From Chara braunii (Eukaryota; Plantae; Charophyceae), in contig BFEA01000026.1 of assembly GCA_003427395.1 (NCBI GenBank), forward strand, positions 3,733,006-3,797,005: a stretch of 64,000 bases of DNA, given 5' to 3'. The position numbers and the translations under genes are program-made. Under the pieces are notes generated by a model. The model was not told where the DNA came from, did not search any database, and was given only the letters and a program-made list of their open reading frames with translations. Positions 51,044-64,000 of the stretch are shown here, one piece after another. The first letter of the stretch is position 1; each line of letters opens with the position of its first letter.

Positions 51044-52149
51044 ACACTCTTCTATCAGCTATGGCGGCTATGGCCGCTACTACTCCTATCGCTATGGCTA
51101 AGCTCTCCTTCTCGCCCACTTTGTTTTCGGGCTCACTGCAAACCACCTCGCACAAGTCGTTGTGGCAGCGCTTCCACATGGCTTACGCAGAAATGAATGA
51201 ATGGTTGGGCACTGCCTCTTGATTGATACTTTTGTAGCTCGTTGCTCTGCCTCTTTTCCCATGCCCCTGGTGCACACAGTCCCACACGGTACTTGCTTGA
51301 CTGGACTGTGACTGACTGGGACCGGTAGGTCCGGTACCGCAGACTGCATCGGTTTGCACTACGAACTCAATGCAGCCGACGTACCACAGTTGGGCTCACC
51401 AATTGCCCACTTGCCTCTGTCTAAACGTAAGTCATACTTCGAAAGGCCACTACTGGGACCTTCCGGAAGGCTGGAGACTTGGCCTTTCGAACACTACAGC
51501 AGCTACGACCTTGACCTTTCAGGACTGCGGCAGCTACGACGTTGACTTCTCATAACACTTACAGCTACGACCTCTAGGGCTCACTAAGACCTCTATCCAA
51601 TAGGTCTACAAATCGAGACCCACCGACCTACGGACCTACGACAACCTACCAACTGTTGTGAATACACAGGTCACGGGTTCAACTCTCGGGGTCGACACAG
51701 ATACTGTACATGGGCAAGGTAAGAACTAGGGACCGAGCCCTGGGATCTGCATTCGCTACTGCGAACAGGTGAATACCGTTTCAGCACCCATGTTTACATA
51801 GATAATCCAGCGGGGGAGATGTCGAGACCGTACTGTGATCGGCATCGGCGATTCTTTGTCGTAGCGCAGGTCGTCGTTGGCATGGACATGACGACGTATA
51901 TGTGGCGTGGCAAGGGAGTGTGCATGATTCACGCGTCCTCATGAACTCCTCTTTGTGGGAAAGGGTAGAAAACAGATCGTTTTTTTGTGCTAATCCACTA
52001 GCGGCTAAGCCCTCCCTGGAGGTGTTCAGACCAAAGGTTACCTACTAGGAGACAACGGGTATCCAAGCCTGTCATGGTTGGTAGTGCCTTTTGGCGGGGC
52101 TCAAGAAGATGGATCGGATACGGAGTTGTTCGACACTGCGCATAAAGGG

Positions 52150-52760
52150 TGTCGTGGTTGTGTGGAACGAGCCTTCGGCAGGTTCAAAGGCATGTGGCGC
52201 ATGTTCCCTCGCACCCATAAACCTCACATCACATCCTTGTCCCTGTAGTTTTGTGTTGTGTGTGTCATTCACAGAATCACAACCTCCTCATACGCTGCGA
52301 GGTGGGCATGGACCTAGTTCTCGCTCCGAGGAATGTTCATAGACACCCAGAAGATGACAACGATAACGATGACCAGCCACCGTCTCCTCGGGAGCTAACG
52401 GCCCAGGCAGCCCGTGCTGCAGGTCGCCGCGTGCACGATGCTTTGCGAGTGGTGGTGGCACAACACGTGTGTGACGCTCAACCTCACGCCCTGTGCCGTC
52501 TTCCTTTCGGAGTGTTTAAAATTGTGGAAGGGGCCCCGGAAAGGCAGCAAGATGGGGTGTGCCAAAGATTTTTGGAAAATTGAGTGCGGGGACACGGACA
52601 GAACCGAAATCCCCTATGTCGGTCCGACTTAGTAAGAAGGGGGAGAAGGGGGAGGGTCCGTCACCGGGCGGGTTTTTAGGGAGAAGAAGGCGCTTCCGGG
52701 ACTCACAGCGGGGGGAAGTTCAATCCAAAAAGTATCGTTGAACTTCCCATCGAGCCATCT
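52150..52760 (-). pseudogene. Possible degraded Ulp1/C48 protease-like sequence (TE-associated)
   Basis: Across frames and in the expected order: RWLDGKFND, GHRYRCHLLGV, CDS, LQGQGCD-(frameshift/stop)-GLWVRGNM. Confidence 0.25.
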
Positions 52761-54952
52761 CTTTTAATTTATCGTGGAAGGGGTCGGGCACGTACTTGGT
52801 ATCCCGTTTCCGGGTCAAGTCCCGACAACCTTTGAGTCTGACGTGGAAGACCTTAACCGAGTGGCTCTTTCCTTATGCTCATCTTCATCTCGTACCGGTA
52901 GTGAAAGCCCTTCGATTGGTAACGCTCGAAGCGGCGACAATCGCTGCACAGAGTGTTAGGCCAATGGGGCGCTACTGCCGACCACGGGATGACGATTAGC
53001 TTATTGAACGGCAATAGCAACGAATGAGGTGGAAAGTGTGTGTCCACAATAACAAAACCAGCACCGACAAATCCAAAGCATCGAGTTTCAGGAGGGAAGT
53101 AGTATCTTCCGCCGATCTTGGCGACGGCTTCTCGTACGTCCCACTCGCATACACGTGTCCTCTTCTCGTTATACGGGAAGGGGCGTGGCGGGGATGCGGG
53201 AGGTCGGCGCCCAGTCGGCTTGGGACAATTGGTCCACATGGCAATAGCGAAATCCTATCTAGCATGCATCCCACATGTCAATCACAACGATCCTACAATC
53301 TAGTCGGAGACAAGTCCACCAGGCAATCGTCTTATCATCCAAGCATTCCCATTCATTTTCGACAGACATTCATCAAAGAAGGTGCGAAAATGGCAGTCAC
53401 ACATCACTCGGTTCTTTGTGTGCTCTGCACCCCTGCCCCGTTATTTCAGTGACTAATTAAGCGTCCGCCAAAACAACCATCTCATTCCTCGTGTGCGACA
53501 GATCGACAAACATCCATAATTGTTCATGTCATAGAGGGAGAGAGAGTAGGTAGGGAGGAAAAGACGCGGAGCAGACAAAATAGATGAAGATTACACCAGG
53601 TTCCGATGATGAAAACGAGTTTCCGACCTGACTGCCATTGAACTGAACTCACACCAAAGAATAGATTCGAGACAAAGAGGCGCATCCGCCGTGAAGTTCC
53701 ACTATGGGCCCGGGCCATTCATCCATTCGACTCTGGTCACTATGCCCGTGCATGCACTGACGATCCCGGTCGTCATGTGCCACTTTCCACCACTGCGATC
53801 GTCACCCCGTTGACTTAGTCTCTGCACGCCTTGCCCGGATCCCACAGTCCGTCGTGGCGATCAGGCGCACCGCCGGCCAGACTACAGTCAGCCCGTGCGG
53901 ACTTTTCGACTCGCACTCCACACGTACCATCTAGCCACCGCTTCCCGGAAGCTGGCAGATGAGTTGACAGAGAGATTTGCGGGCGCGCTTGCGGAATTTA
54001 TAGTTGCGGGAAGGGAGGTAGATACGAGGGAGGATGAAGGTTGGGGCAGGGAAGGGTGAGGGAGGACTTGGGGATAATTGCTCGGCGAAAGCCATGTTGA
54101 TCCTTCTGACTCCGATCGTAGCCAATCAGAGTCGTCGCGTAATAGGAGCTTCCTCTTACACGGCGCTTCTCCTTGGCTAAACGGGGTGAAGAGAGGACCG
54201 ACCGGGTTCTTGGGCGTAGGACTTAGAGTGGGAGGAAGAAGGGTGCGCGGGATAGCGCGAAACGGATCCAAGATTCAAATGATCAAGAAAGAGAAAAGGC
54301 GCACGGGCGAGAGAGAGAGAGAGGGGAAAACGGTTACAGAGGGAGAGTGAGCGCGGGCACGAAAGGAGCGTCGAAGAGGGTGAGGGGAGCAGAAAGGGGG
54401 AAGCTCGCTTGCATGGCGCCGATCACAAATGCAAAAAGAGGCACCAAAACTGTTACAGATTCCTAAGTCCTATGCTAATTCAAAAATTGAAATCACAATA
54501 TCCGCGCGTAAAGTAGGCGTGGAAAAAAGACAGTCCTACGTCCGTTCGTATTCCCAACAAATTCCCAGAGTTTTCCGCGATGTGGTCGAGAACATTCACG
54601 CACAAAAAGGACACGTCGGGTTCCGTTCATTTCGGAATTTCTAACTGTCGAGCCAAATTCCTAGCGCGCACGCTAAAGCGCAATTCCCATGCATTTCCCA
54701 AATTATGAAAACGGAATTTCAAGAATCAATGAGACTGAAAACACGGGTCTCAGCAAGGCACCTTTAATCAAAAAGAAAACAGAGAGGGGCCTTGTTGGCC
54801 TGAGCAAAATTCGAAAAGAAAAAGGGAGAGAAGGGGTCCGGAAGATGGCACAGGCTCAGATGCTGGTACGTCACACGTGCGTGAGCAGCGGAACCGTCAA
54901 CAAAGGAGATAGGAGGCGGTGCCTGTCGTGTCATTCCCATAGTGCGCTTGCA

Positions 54953-55045
<93 letters not shown>

Positions 55046-55795
55046 NNNNNNNNNNNNNNNNNNNNNNNNNNNNNNNNNNNNNNNNNNNNNNNNNNNNNNN
55101 NNNNNNNNNNNNNNNNNNNNNNNNNNNNNNNNNNNNNNNNNNNNNNNNNNNNNNNNNNNNNNNNNNNNNNNNNNNNNNNNNNNNNNNNNNNNNNNNNNNN
55201 NNNNNNNNNNNNNNNNNNNNNNNNNNNNNNNNNNNNNNNNNNNNNNNNNNNNNNNNNNNNNNNNNNNNNNNNNNNNNNNNNNNNNNNNNNNNNNNNNNNN
55301 NNNNNNNNNNNNNNNNNNNNNNNNNNNNNNNNNNNNNNNNNNNNNNNNNNNNNNNNNNNNNNNNNNNNNNNNNNNNNNNNNNNNNNNNNNNNNNNNNNNN
55401 NNNNNNNNNNNNNNNNNNNNNNNNNNNNNNNNNNNNNNNNNNNNNNNNNNNNNNNNNNNNNNNNNNNNNNNNNNNNNNNNNNNNNNNNNNNNNNNNNNNN
55501 NNNNNNNNNNNNNNNNNNNNNNNNNNNNNNNNNNNNNNNNNNNNNNNNNNNNNNNNNNNNNNNNNNNNNNNNNNNNNNNNNNNNNNNNNNNNNNNNNNNN
55601 NNNNNNNNNNNNNNNNNNNNNNNNNNNNNNNNNNNNNNNNNNNNNNNNNNNNNNNNNNNNNNNNNNNNNNNNNNNNNNNNNNNNNNNNNNNNNNNNNNNN
55701 NNNNNNNNNNNNNNNNNNNNNNNNNNNNNNNNNNNNNNNNNNNNNNNNNNNNNNNNNNNNNNNNNNNNNNNNNNNNNNNNNNNNNNNNNNNNNNN

Positions 55796-55871
<76 letters not shown>

Positions 55872-56306
55872 ACATTACCGGACCCAAAAAAAAACGGCAA
55901 TTTTATAAGTAAATAACAGACCGGACAACGCTGTGTTCCACATGGTGCAGCGGCAACACCAGCCGACCTGTGACATCAAATTATTTTATCCGCAACATCA
56001 CCCCCGGACCGATGATCGAGGAGCCGGGGGGCACAGGCCAACCTCGCAGTTGAGAAACTGGGAAAAAAAAAAACAAACAAACTAATTATTGAAAAAAATA
56101 AGGTGATGCCATGACCGTCCTGGTTTGGCTTCGTCATCACCTTGCTCCGCAAAATGCCAGATTCGCCACCGGGCTTCGTGTCCAACCACAAAGGGGGGGA
56201 CAAAGCATTCACAACGACATAGCCATCGGTTGATGCGGCATATAATTGCATCACGATTATTATTAAAAATAAGAAAAATAATAATATTAATAATAATAAT
56301 AATAAA

Positions 56307-58093
56307 TCACGCACTGCCGGGGGGCGCATCAGTTGATGCCGCGTTCGCCGCGGCTGGCGTCTTGAGGAAAGCTTGTGCGATGAGCGTTAGAGCTCCGGAA
56401 AGTGAAGCCCCGTTCGCTGCGATGCTCATGTTCATCTTATCCATAACACCCATGATCATCACGGTGTTCTCCTTCTGTGACTCCTTCACGCTTGCGAACG
56501 CCGAAGCTGTTGCCTTGCCATGCTCCCTCACAGTGTCTGTCATGTCCGCTGTGCGCCGGTCTCGCTGTGTCTTCCGCCGCTTGCATGAGCCTTCGCATGT
56601 TGTGATGATACTGGGGTCGTCGGCGGGGGGCTCCACCATCTCCGGGGGTGGTACGAACGGCACGCCGGTGTCGCTGAGATTGGTTGGATTCAGGGAGGGA
56701 TCTTTTTTGTAGAAGAGGTACATGAGATCGAAGACAGCACGCTTGAGGCAGAAGTCCAGCTTCTTCGTCTTCTTGACTTTGGTGGACATGGTGAAGTAAT
56801 CTTCAGATCCCAACTTCCGTTCCGTTGGTGGTCTCTAACCCTCCTCATGTGGGACATAAGAGTGTCCCACTTTTGCGAACAAGCGTCCTGCTCCTTCACG
56901 ACCCCCCTCTCTGCCATCAACGCAGTCACGATTGACCACTGTGTGTCCTTAGACTTGAAATGCTTGACACAGCTTCGTCCGAGCGATTCCTCCTCCATAT
57001 CGTAGTCAATCTTGCACCTCACAAGGACCAATTGTTTGTCCTCGGTCCAGACTACGCGAGGTTGCGACCCGGTCTGCACGCCCGCACTCCCACCATCTCC
57101 AGTTTGCCCTCCCACACCCCCACCATCTCCGTCAGTTTCCCCTTCCGCAGCAGACTCCGCCTGACACTTCCCTTTGCCACCATCAGTAGCGCTCTTGCCA
57201 TCAGCTCGCTTACTGGCGCAGCCCTTCCCTTTCGACGATTTCTCTCCCTGGGACTTCCTCGCGGTGCTGCCACTTGCGTCCGTGCTGGAATGATCCCCCG
57301 GTGAAGCAGTGCCCGATGGTGATCCAGCGCCCGTGCCGGATTGATTACCCGGTAAACCGGTGGCTGCCGCACCGCCAACTGTAGGAGGAGCATTCCTCAC
57401 TGCCGCTCTTCGTGCTTCCTCACCGTCACGCAGATTCTGAAGCCGATGCACTCTTCCATCCACAGCGTTCGGTTGGCCGAGCGGCGAGGGAGACCCTCCA
57501 TACACGCCGTTGCCACCCGATCTGTCCAATGACGGATGCCGTGCTTGCTCTTATGCACCCAACAGCGCTGTGTTCGTCGTGTGTGGAGTAGGTGGCCATA
57601 TGGCAGATGACGACCCGGCGCCTTGCAGCCCTAGCGCTGCGTGAGCAGCGGATCTGTTGTACATCCAGATCCTCTCAGCAACAGCAGGAGGGGGCACGCC
57701 ACCTTGTGAGGCTGCAAGGTAGATGTCATCTGGTCCGGCCATGAAAGGATCACCGTCATCAACGATAGATGGTCTCCATTGAGAAAGTGGCACAGTGTCA
57801 CCGGTGACATAAGACCATGGCTGCGAGGATGGCATGTCTTCACCATGGACGTGCATACCAGGCCCGTGATGGCGGTGAGGCGTGGCAGGTTGTCGGCTCC
57901 AATGCGCCGTGAAAGCATCACCGTCGTCGATGATAGAAGGCCTCCATTGAGAAAGTGGCGCCGTGTCACCGGTGATGTACGAGCACCGCTGGGAGGATGG
58001 CGTGTCTTCACCATGAACGCGCACGTCAGGCCCTTGATGGTGGAGAGGCGTTGTAGAACGGCTTGCATGGGCCATGACATCGAAGTCGCGCAT
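56307..58093 (-). pseudogene. Myb/SANT-like (trihelix-type) protein, frameshifted
   Basis: RVVWTEDKQLVLVRCK...QWSIVTALMAERGVVKEQDACSQKWDTLMSHMRRVRDHQ / GSEDYFTMS...LDFCLKRAVFDLM. The upstream ORF has an in-frame 168-bp duplication. Confidence 0.8.
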
Positions 58094-58889
58094 CTAAGAG
58101 TGATGCTGCTGTTGGTTGGGACGGGTTGGACGGGTCACACACATCAGCCGAACCTTCCGTCGTCGGCCGAGCTCCGGATCGCCAGTCTCTGACCTCCAGC
58201 ACTGCACGGAGTGACGACGGCCAAGCTGGAGCATACACAACGCTGCGGCCATGGCATCTTCTTCCACCGTCCCGGCCATGGCTTCCTCAGTGGCCGGGCT
58301 ACGGACAACCACCACTTCGAAACGGCGCGTATGTGCGCAGCCAACCGTTACACCTGCGCAACCCCCCCCGTGGGGCTCCACCGACCCGCGCTGAATGCAG
58401 ACCTCCGTGTGGCCATTGAAGGACCACCCGAGGCTCTGGGCCCAGCTGATGGCGAAATCGGTCCGTGAGGATTCGCGCGGTGTCGCGAGGCCTGACACCC
58501 GCTACGCTCCAATTTTTTGGACGGACACCGTTTGGACCGACGTGCTGGACTCGTGAAAAAACACAGGTCCTCCACCAGACCAGCGGAGGACCTACAAGTT
58601 CGTGCGCGTTACAGGCGGGGAGGGATGGAGCACACGTGCAACCTCACAAAATGCAACTCTGACAACTTTCGTGGGTTTTTCCTGACAGGAATGGTTTGCA
58701 CACTGTGCGGCGACACACCCACGAAACGAAGTCGTTTTTTGTTTCGTTTTTTGTTTCGTTTTGTGTACCGTCCGGCGAGGCCCTCGGTACATGAATGCCA
58801 GCCGCAGACATACGTATTTTGTGGGCACCTATGGAGACACCCACAAAATATGTGTTTTTTTCTGTGATTTATGTCCATGTTCACTATTA

Positions 58890-59047
58890 AACCACCCGTA
58901 CACCGCCCCAGCCTTGCTGAAAATGTTTCGTCGCCTGGTCTGAAAAAGTCGGTGCTGGCACACGGTCGATAAAATAAATAGGTGGCCGGCATCGCATTTC
59001 AGCCTCTGACAGGGGTCGCAGCCTATGTGAGGCGTGCACTGGTGGTT
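58890..59047. mobile_element. Small MITE (AACCACC TIR family, TTA/TAA flanks)
   Basis: AACCACCCGTACAC...GTGCACTGGTGGTT; same TIR as 44138-44282. Confidence 0.7.
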
Positions 59048-59559
59048 TAAACCTATATAGCGTTGGGAAAAGTGGGAATATAACCTATATAGCGTTCTTT
59101 GGGGCCACCGTTGGCTGTTGATAAAGAGGGGGCCCTTTTGCAGGCTTTCATTAATGCTCAAATAAAACTGAGGCCGGGAATTCCTCAACAAACAACCCGG
59201 AAAGGAAAGAAAAACCATGCTGGGAGCATTACCCAGTTTCGCTTCAGGTGTTGGGAAACCTTCCAGGAACGGAGTGGCCAAATCCAGACCGCTGTCCTGG
59301 TGTTACACAACCCTTGGACGTAACCAAAAAAGGGGAAAATCAACAAAATCATGCCTTCACGGCTAATGAAGCTATAATTCTACACACACACAAAAAAAAA
59401 GGAAACAAAACCACCCAGCACTCTCCTCCTACCAACTTCTAAGCCTACCCTGCCTTCACAGACTAAACTAACCACCCAAGAAACTGTACCCGTACCCGAT
59501 TCCAGCCCAGTCTATGCTATTCCTCTACCTCCCTGCCAATCTAATATACCTTCTAATGC

Positions 59560-62500
59560 AGAGATAACCGTTGTCGACTGACTATTTAAAGTTGTCCGCC
59601 TACCTTCGGCGGAAAGATCTTCTAAAGATCAAATCTTCCTTACGAAGAACGCTCCTTCCATCCCACTGTGCCAAACCTGCCTGTCTACTGCGACCAATCT
59701 GGAACCGAGCGAAACAGGTTTGTCTTGTTAAGCTACGAAGAAAACAACCACTGGTCCAATACAAGCTTGTCATTCTCAATTCTTGCTAGAGTGTTCCGAG
59801 CGCACCAGGTCTCATTGAACTACCTCAAGCCACTTGGCTTGCTCTCTTCTGACAGAACTTTACGCCTCCAGTCGGCCTGTATTGATTGTCTTATTCCCTG
59901 CTGTACTGTGGCACGAATTTGTTTGTTCGACCAGTCTTGGCCTTTGAAAATGCAATCATTCCTTCCTTGCCACACTACCACACAAACCACCGCTCTCAAT
60001 GTCTGAGCAACATATCCCCATCCCTTAGATGGGGAGAGCGAATCTGGAATTCCACCCAACAGGGTCCAGTTCTTATCCGAATTCAAGATCCCACCTGAAA
60101 TGTTTTCCCATTTCCCAATCCACCACCTCCAGATTCGACCCGCTGCAGGACAGTCCCACCATAAGTGAATAGTGGATTCGAAGGCCCACTAACACCTCAT
60201 GCATTTGGTGTCCACTCTCATACCATGTTCGACAAGCCAAATCGCAGAAGGGGTGGTTAGCATTGATAACAGCCATAAGATTGTTGCTTGACGTTGATTG
60301 GGGATCAGGACCAACTGCTTCCAACATTTCTTTAGATCAGCCATGATAGTCTGAGGGTCAAGATTTAATAAAGGTTGCCATCTTGTCGTCGCCACCGTCA
60401 GGGGCTCCTTTGGAGGCAGGATCAAATTGTAACCAATCTTTTGGGTGTAATCCAATACACACAGGCTTTGTCCGGAGCTTCCTGTAGCCCGCCATTCCCA
60501 TTTCTTGGGGTCTAGCTTCAGGGCCGAAACAAGTCTGGCATTCGAGAACAGAACACAGGATGTCGAGCCTGTGTTCTTGGTATATTCCATTACTCTGATC
60601 TGAGTGAATGAGGCACCTACTGCAGGCTGGCACTGACCGTCCTCCTGCGTTAGCAGATTGTCATTAAGTATTGACCATCCCTGGAAGACTCGTTTACCAT
60701 CTGGTTGGATGTTAACCAATTTCCAGATCTAAGAGTTGTCTACTGAGTCGCCTGTGCTATACCAAGTTCCGGGCTGGTCTGTTTTGGAATAGTCCAGAAG
60801 ATCTCTCCACACCTGCGGGATCGCATTGATAATTAATTCTCTTTTCTCTGTCAAATTCCTTACCCGTCCCAGTTTGGAGCGTAGGTCGTTAACAGTAAGC
60901 CATGTCCCGCTGATATTGTCCCACGAATCCTTGACCCGGACTATACCTGTTTCGATCCACTTTCTTCCAAAACTGCCAGTAGTAGTATCTGCCTTCACCC
61001 AATCGCCGGAAGGTTGTCTGATGTGAGGGTTTTCAAACAGTGGTGGCTCAAGACTTCCGCTTTCGTAGTTGGTTCTACCCACACATCTGGACACAACGTT
61101 CTCCAGGCCTGTATGATTGCCTTCAAAAACAGTGATCTGATATATCTTCTTTGGAAAGAATATAGCATCATACAAATCCATACATCTGACGGACGAGACA
61201 GGTTCCATTCCTTTGCCAGAATATGCTCGGCCAAGGCTATCCAATGTGACTCTTGTCCTTCTAATGCAGCTTTCAGAATCCACTTAATGAGCATGACGTC
61301 ATTTTGTTTCTTGGGATCCAGGATGCCTATTCCCCCTTGGTCGCGTGGGATGCAGAGCGTTTCCCATGCGACTTTGGACAGAAAGGAGTCCTCATCTCCT
61401 GCATATGGTTTCCATAGGAATTTTGTCGCCCTTCGTTTGATTAGACTATACAACTGTTTCCCAAATTTCCTAATTGTGCCGACAAACCACAATGATGCAA
61501 AAAGCGCGGCATTTATTACCACTCCTCTATCGAATAGTGACAGATGGGGGGCTCTGCCCCATGTGACCAATCTGTGTATTGCTTTTTGGATCAATAGGTT
61601 GTCCTGGTCCCCTTCACAGGATAGCAGAGCAATTTGTACACCCAGAAAAAGTTCCGATTGATCCACACCAACTCTGCGCATTCCCCATTGTGCTGTCAAT
61701 TGGTAGTTAGGAGCCAGAAAGAAGATTGACTTATGCCAGTTTACAGCAGCCTCAGAGAGGTCCGAGTACTCATCTAGACACTGTTTTAGTGCCCCCAAGG
61801 AAGTCGAGGAGTTTTCGGTCACTGCAAACAGGTCATCAGCCAATGCCTTGACCTTAAGCGGATTTGAACCAGCGGGGAGTCCCCTGATTAAATCATTCGA
61901 CCGGATATTGTTTAAAAGTACCTCCATTTGGATAGCAAACAGGAGAGGGGCTAACGGGCATCCTTGTCTCAGAGACCGAGAGAGGGAGAATTCATTGGAG
62001 AGTCTGTCGTTAACCATAACAGCCGCTGTAGACATTGTGTACATCGCTATAATCCAGGTAGAAAACATTGCACCAAAGCCCATTACTTTTAGGGCCATGA
62101 GAACATATGAGCAGTTTATCCAGTCATATGCTTTCTCCAGATCAAGTAAAAGGACTGCATAATTCAGATCCTCATTGTTTATGACTTCCAATGATTCTAC
62201 AGCTGTCACGATATTTGTGAAGATTGACCGACCTCTCACAAACGCTGCTTGGTCCGGTTTGACCAGATCAGGTAAGTATCTCCCCAGTTTACGTGCAAGT
62301 ATCTTAGCCAAAAGTTTATAGGAGACGTTCAAGACTGAGATAGGCCTCCAATTGCGAATTTCAATTTTATCCCCCTTTTTGTATAACACAGATATTATCC
62401 CTCTGCACATGCTACTATACAGTTTCCCACCCGTGAGGATTTCGTTGTATATTTCTACTAGGCTCTCACCTAAAACCTCTCAAATAGACTAATACAGTTC

Positions 62501-63960
62501 TACTGGGAGACCGTCATCGCCCGGATCCTTACCTCTGGACATTGCCTTCAGAGCCTCGAGTGCTTCTGCGGTGGTGATAGGATGGTCCAGGTCTAACCGG
62601 CCAACCGTAGAGAGTCTTACCGTGGTAGAGGACCAGTGATTGTTGCTCAGGTGGAGATCATTGTCAATAAACATTTCCCTATAGGCGTGACGTTAATATA
62701 TCTTTGTAATACATAGCCGCATAGTTGCAGAGGGCTAATGGGTCCTTGGCTGTAGGGGAATCAGAGTTAAAGGGATGACTCAATTCTCGCATGGGTACAG
62801 AAGAACGTCTCGGAAGGAGCTTTTGAAACGACTCCTTCGTCAGGCGGTCGTAAATTGTGATTCCTTTAACTTGCAACCGTTCCACCCATATTTTCGATTT
62901 TTTCTTATGCAGCATATCCCATTCTGACATCAAGCTGGCCCTCTCTGTGCCCCATACCACATTTGAGACTAGATGTTATGTCATTCTTTGCTCTGCATAT
63001 TCAATTCTCTTCTGTAGAGTCACTTCCTATTTGTTTCGTTGGTATGCCTTAATCCTTGAGAATATAGAAAGCAAATTTGAAAATATTCCGGACCCTGTTT
63101 CCCACCACTCCGTCGTAGAAGAGTACGTGTGTCTGGCATCCTTCCAACTGGTCCAAAATTTCCTCATCCACTCGAGTAGGCCTTCATCTTCCAAGTTCTG
63201 TGTGTTGAGTCGGAAGAGACCACGCCCTCTGTCTAGCTCTGCTGTAAGAACAGACATAAAGACAGGTTTGTGATAGGATACTGGTTGAGACTTTTCGGTG
63301 ATCCCTATTGCAGATTCTCACAGATTTTGTGAGGTCAGAAAATAATCTAACCTTCGAAAGATCACCCCCACGTTTTCTCTTGTATTGGAGAACCACGTGT
63401 ATCCGTCCTCATTGGGGTGTGATAATCTGTAGGGATCTATAAGCTCCAAGGTATCCATGAGTTTCAGCAGGAAGGCTTTGTCTCTGGGGTGTCCAGATCC
63501 TTGAGATGAGCCGAACACATCCAACGAAGTGTTCAAGTCTCCTACCAAAACAATTTTATCCCCATCTGGAATAATTAACAGCAAGTCCTGAAAGAAGGAA
63601 TTACGGAGACCCGGATCCGTAGGGGCGTAAACTGTCGCAATAATCCAGTATTGGTCCTTAACTAATAGTTTTATCCATGCCCATCGGGCCCCACAAATTG
63701 GAGTAGTAGTCAATAATTTCACAGTCCAAATCCCTGTGTATTAAAATCCCTATCCCTCTTCTAGAGCCAACTGCTGGGGACCATATTTGGGATCCGTCCC
63801 ACCAACTACCCATAGCATTTATTTTATCTTCGTTAAGTTTAGTTTCTTGGATACAGGTACTCTGGATCTCATTAGTGTGGATCAGGGACTTCAATCGTTC
63901 TTTCTTAAAATTACCCGCTGAATCTCCCATACCTCGCAAATTCCAACTCAACAAAATTCC
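59560..63960 (-). mobile_element. L1-type LINE, near full-length ORF2 (APE endonuclease, RT, zf-RVT), decayed
   Basis: LSWNLRG, CIQETKL, VYAP, VGDLN, RRLDYF; KDPGDDGLP, NWRPISVLN, LDLEKAYD, LRQGCPLAP, LADD; TKCMRC. Several stops and frameshifts. Confidence 0.95.
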
Positions 63961-64000
63961 AACTCAACAATTTAAGTTTACTCATGCTCTACTCGGACCT

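Overview
Eukaryotic, repeat-dominated draft-assembly DNA with four large N gaps (three flanked by (GA)n/(TC)n) and no intact host protein gene. The repeat mix resembles a charophyte alga such as Chara (inference): a plant-type U6 copy, degenerate Myb/SANT ORFs, L1-type LINEs and a GIY-YIG/RT Penelope-like element. The main structure is a minus-strand Penelope-like retroelement (PLE) at about 22595-41456. It has ~850-bp direct-repeat pLTRs, microsatellite-flanked ends, a GIY-YIG endonuclease upstream of the RT (permuted, Chlamys/Naiad-type order) and an extra upstream ORF. Four nested insertions with readable TSDs lie within its span, and removing the three that sit directly in its coding sequence restores the reading frame. 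One of these is a 10-kb TG...CA-bounded insertion with a near-perfect 4-bp TSD, no recognisable TE enzyme, and orphan ORFs in tandem duplications. A second ~7.3-kb TG...CA-bounded block (6962-14253) carries paralogous orphan ORFs. Also present: a decayed near-full L1-type ORF2 (59560-63960), other LINE 3' fragments, several PIF/Harbinger-type MITEs, hAT-like elements, a U6 retrocopy with a mutated ACAGAGA box, and a Nextera mate-pair junction adapter (artefact) at 16320-16357. All calls come from motif reading and manual alignment; no searches were run.
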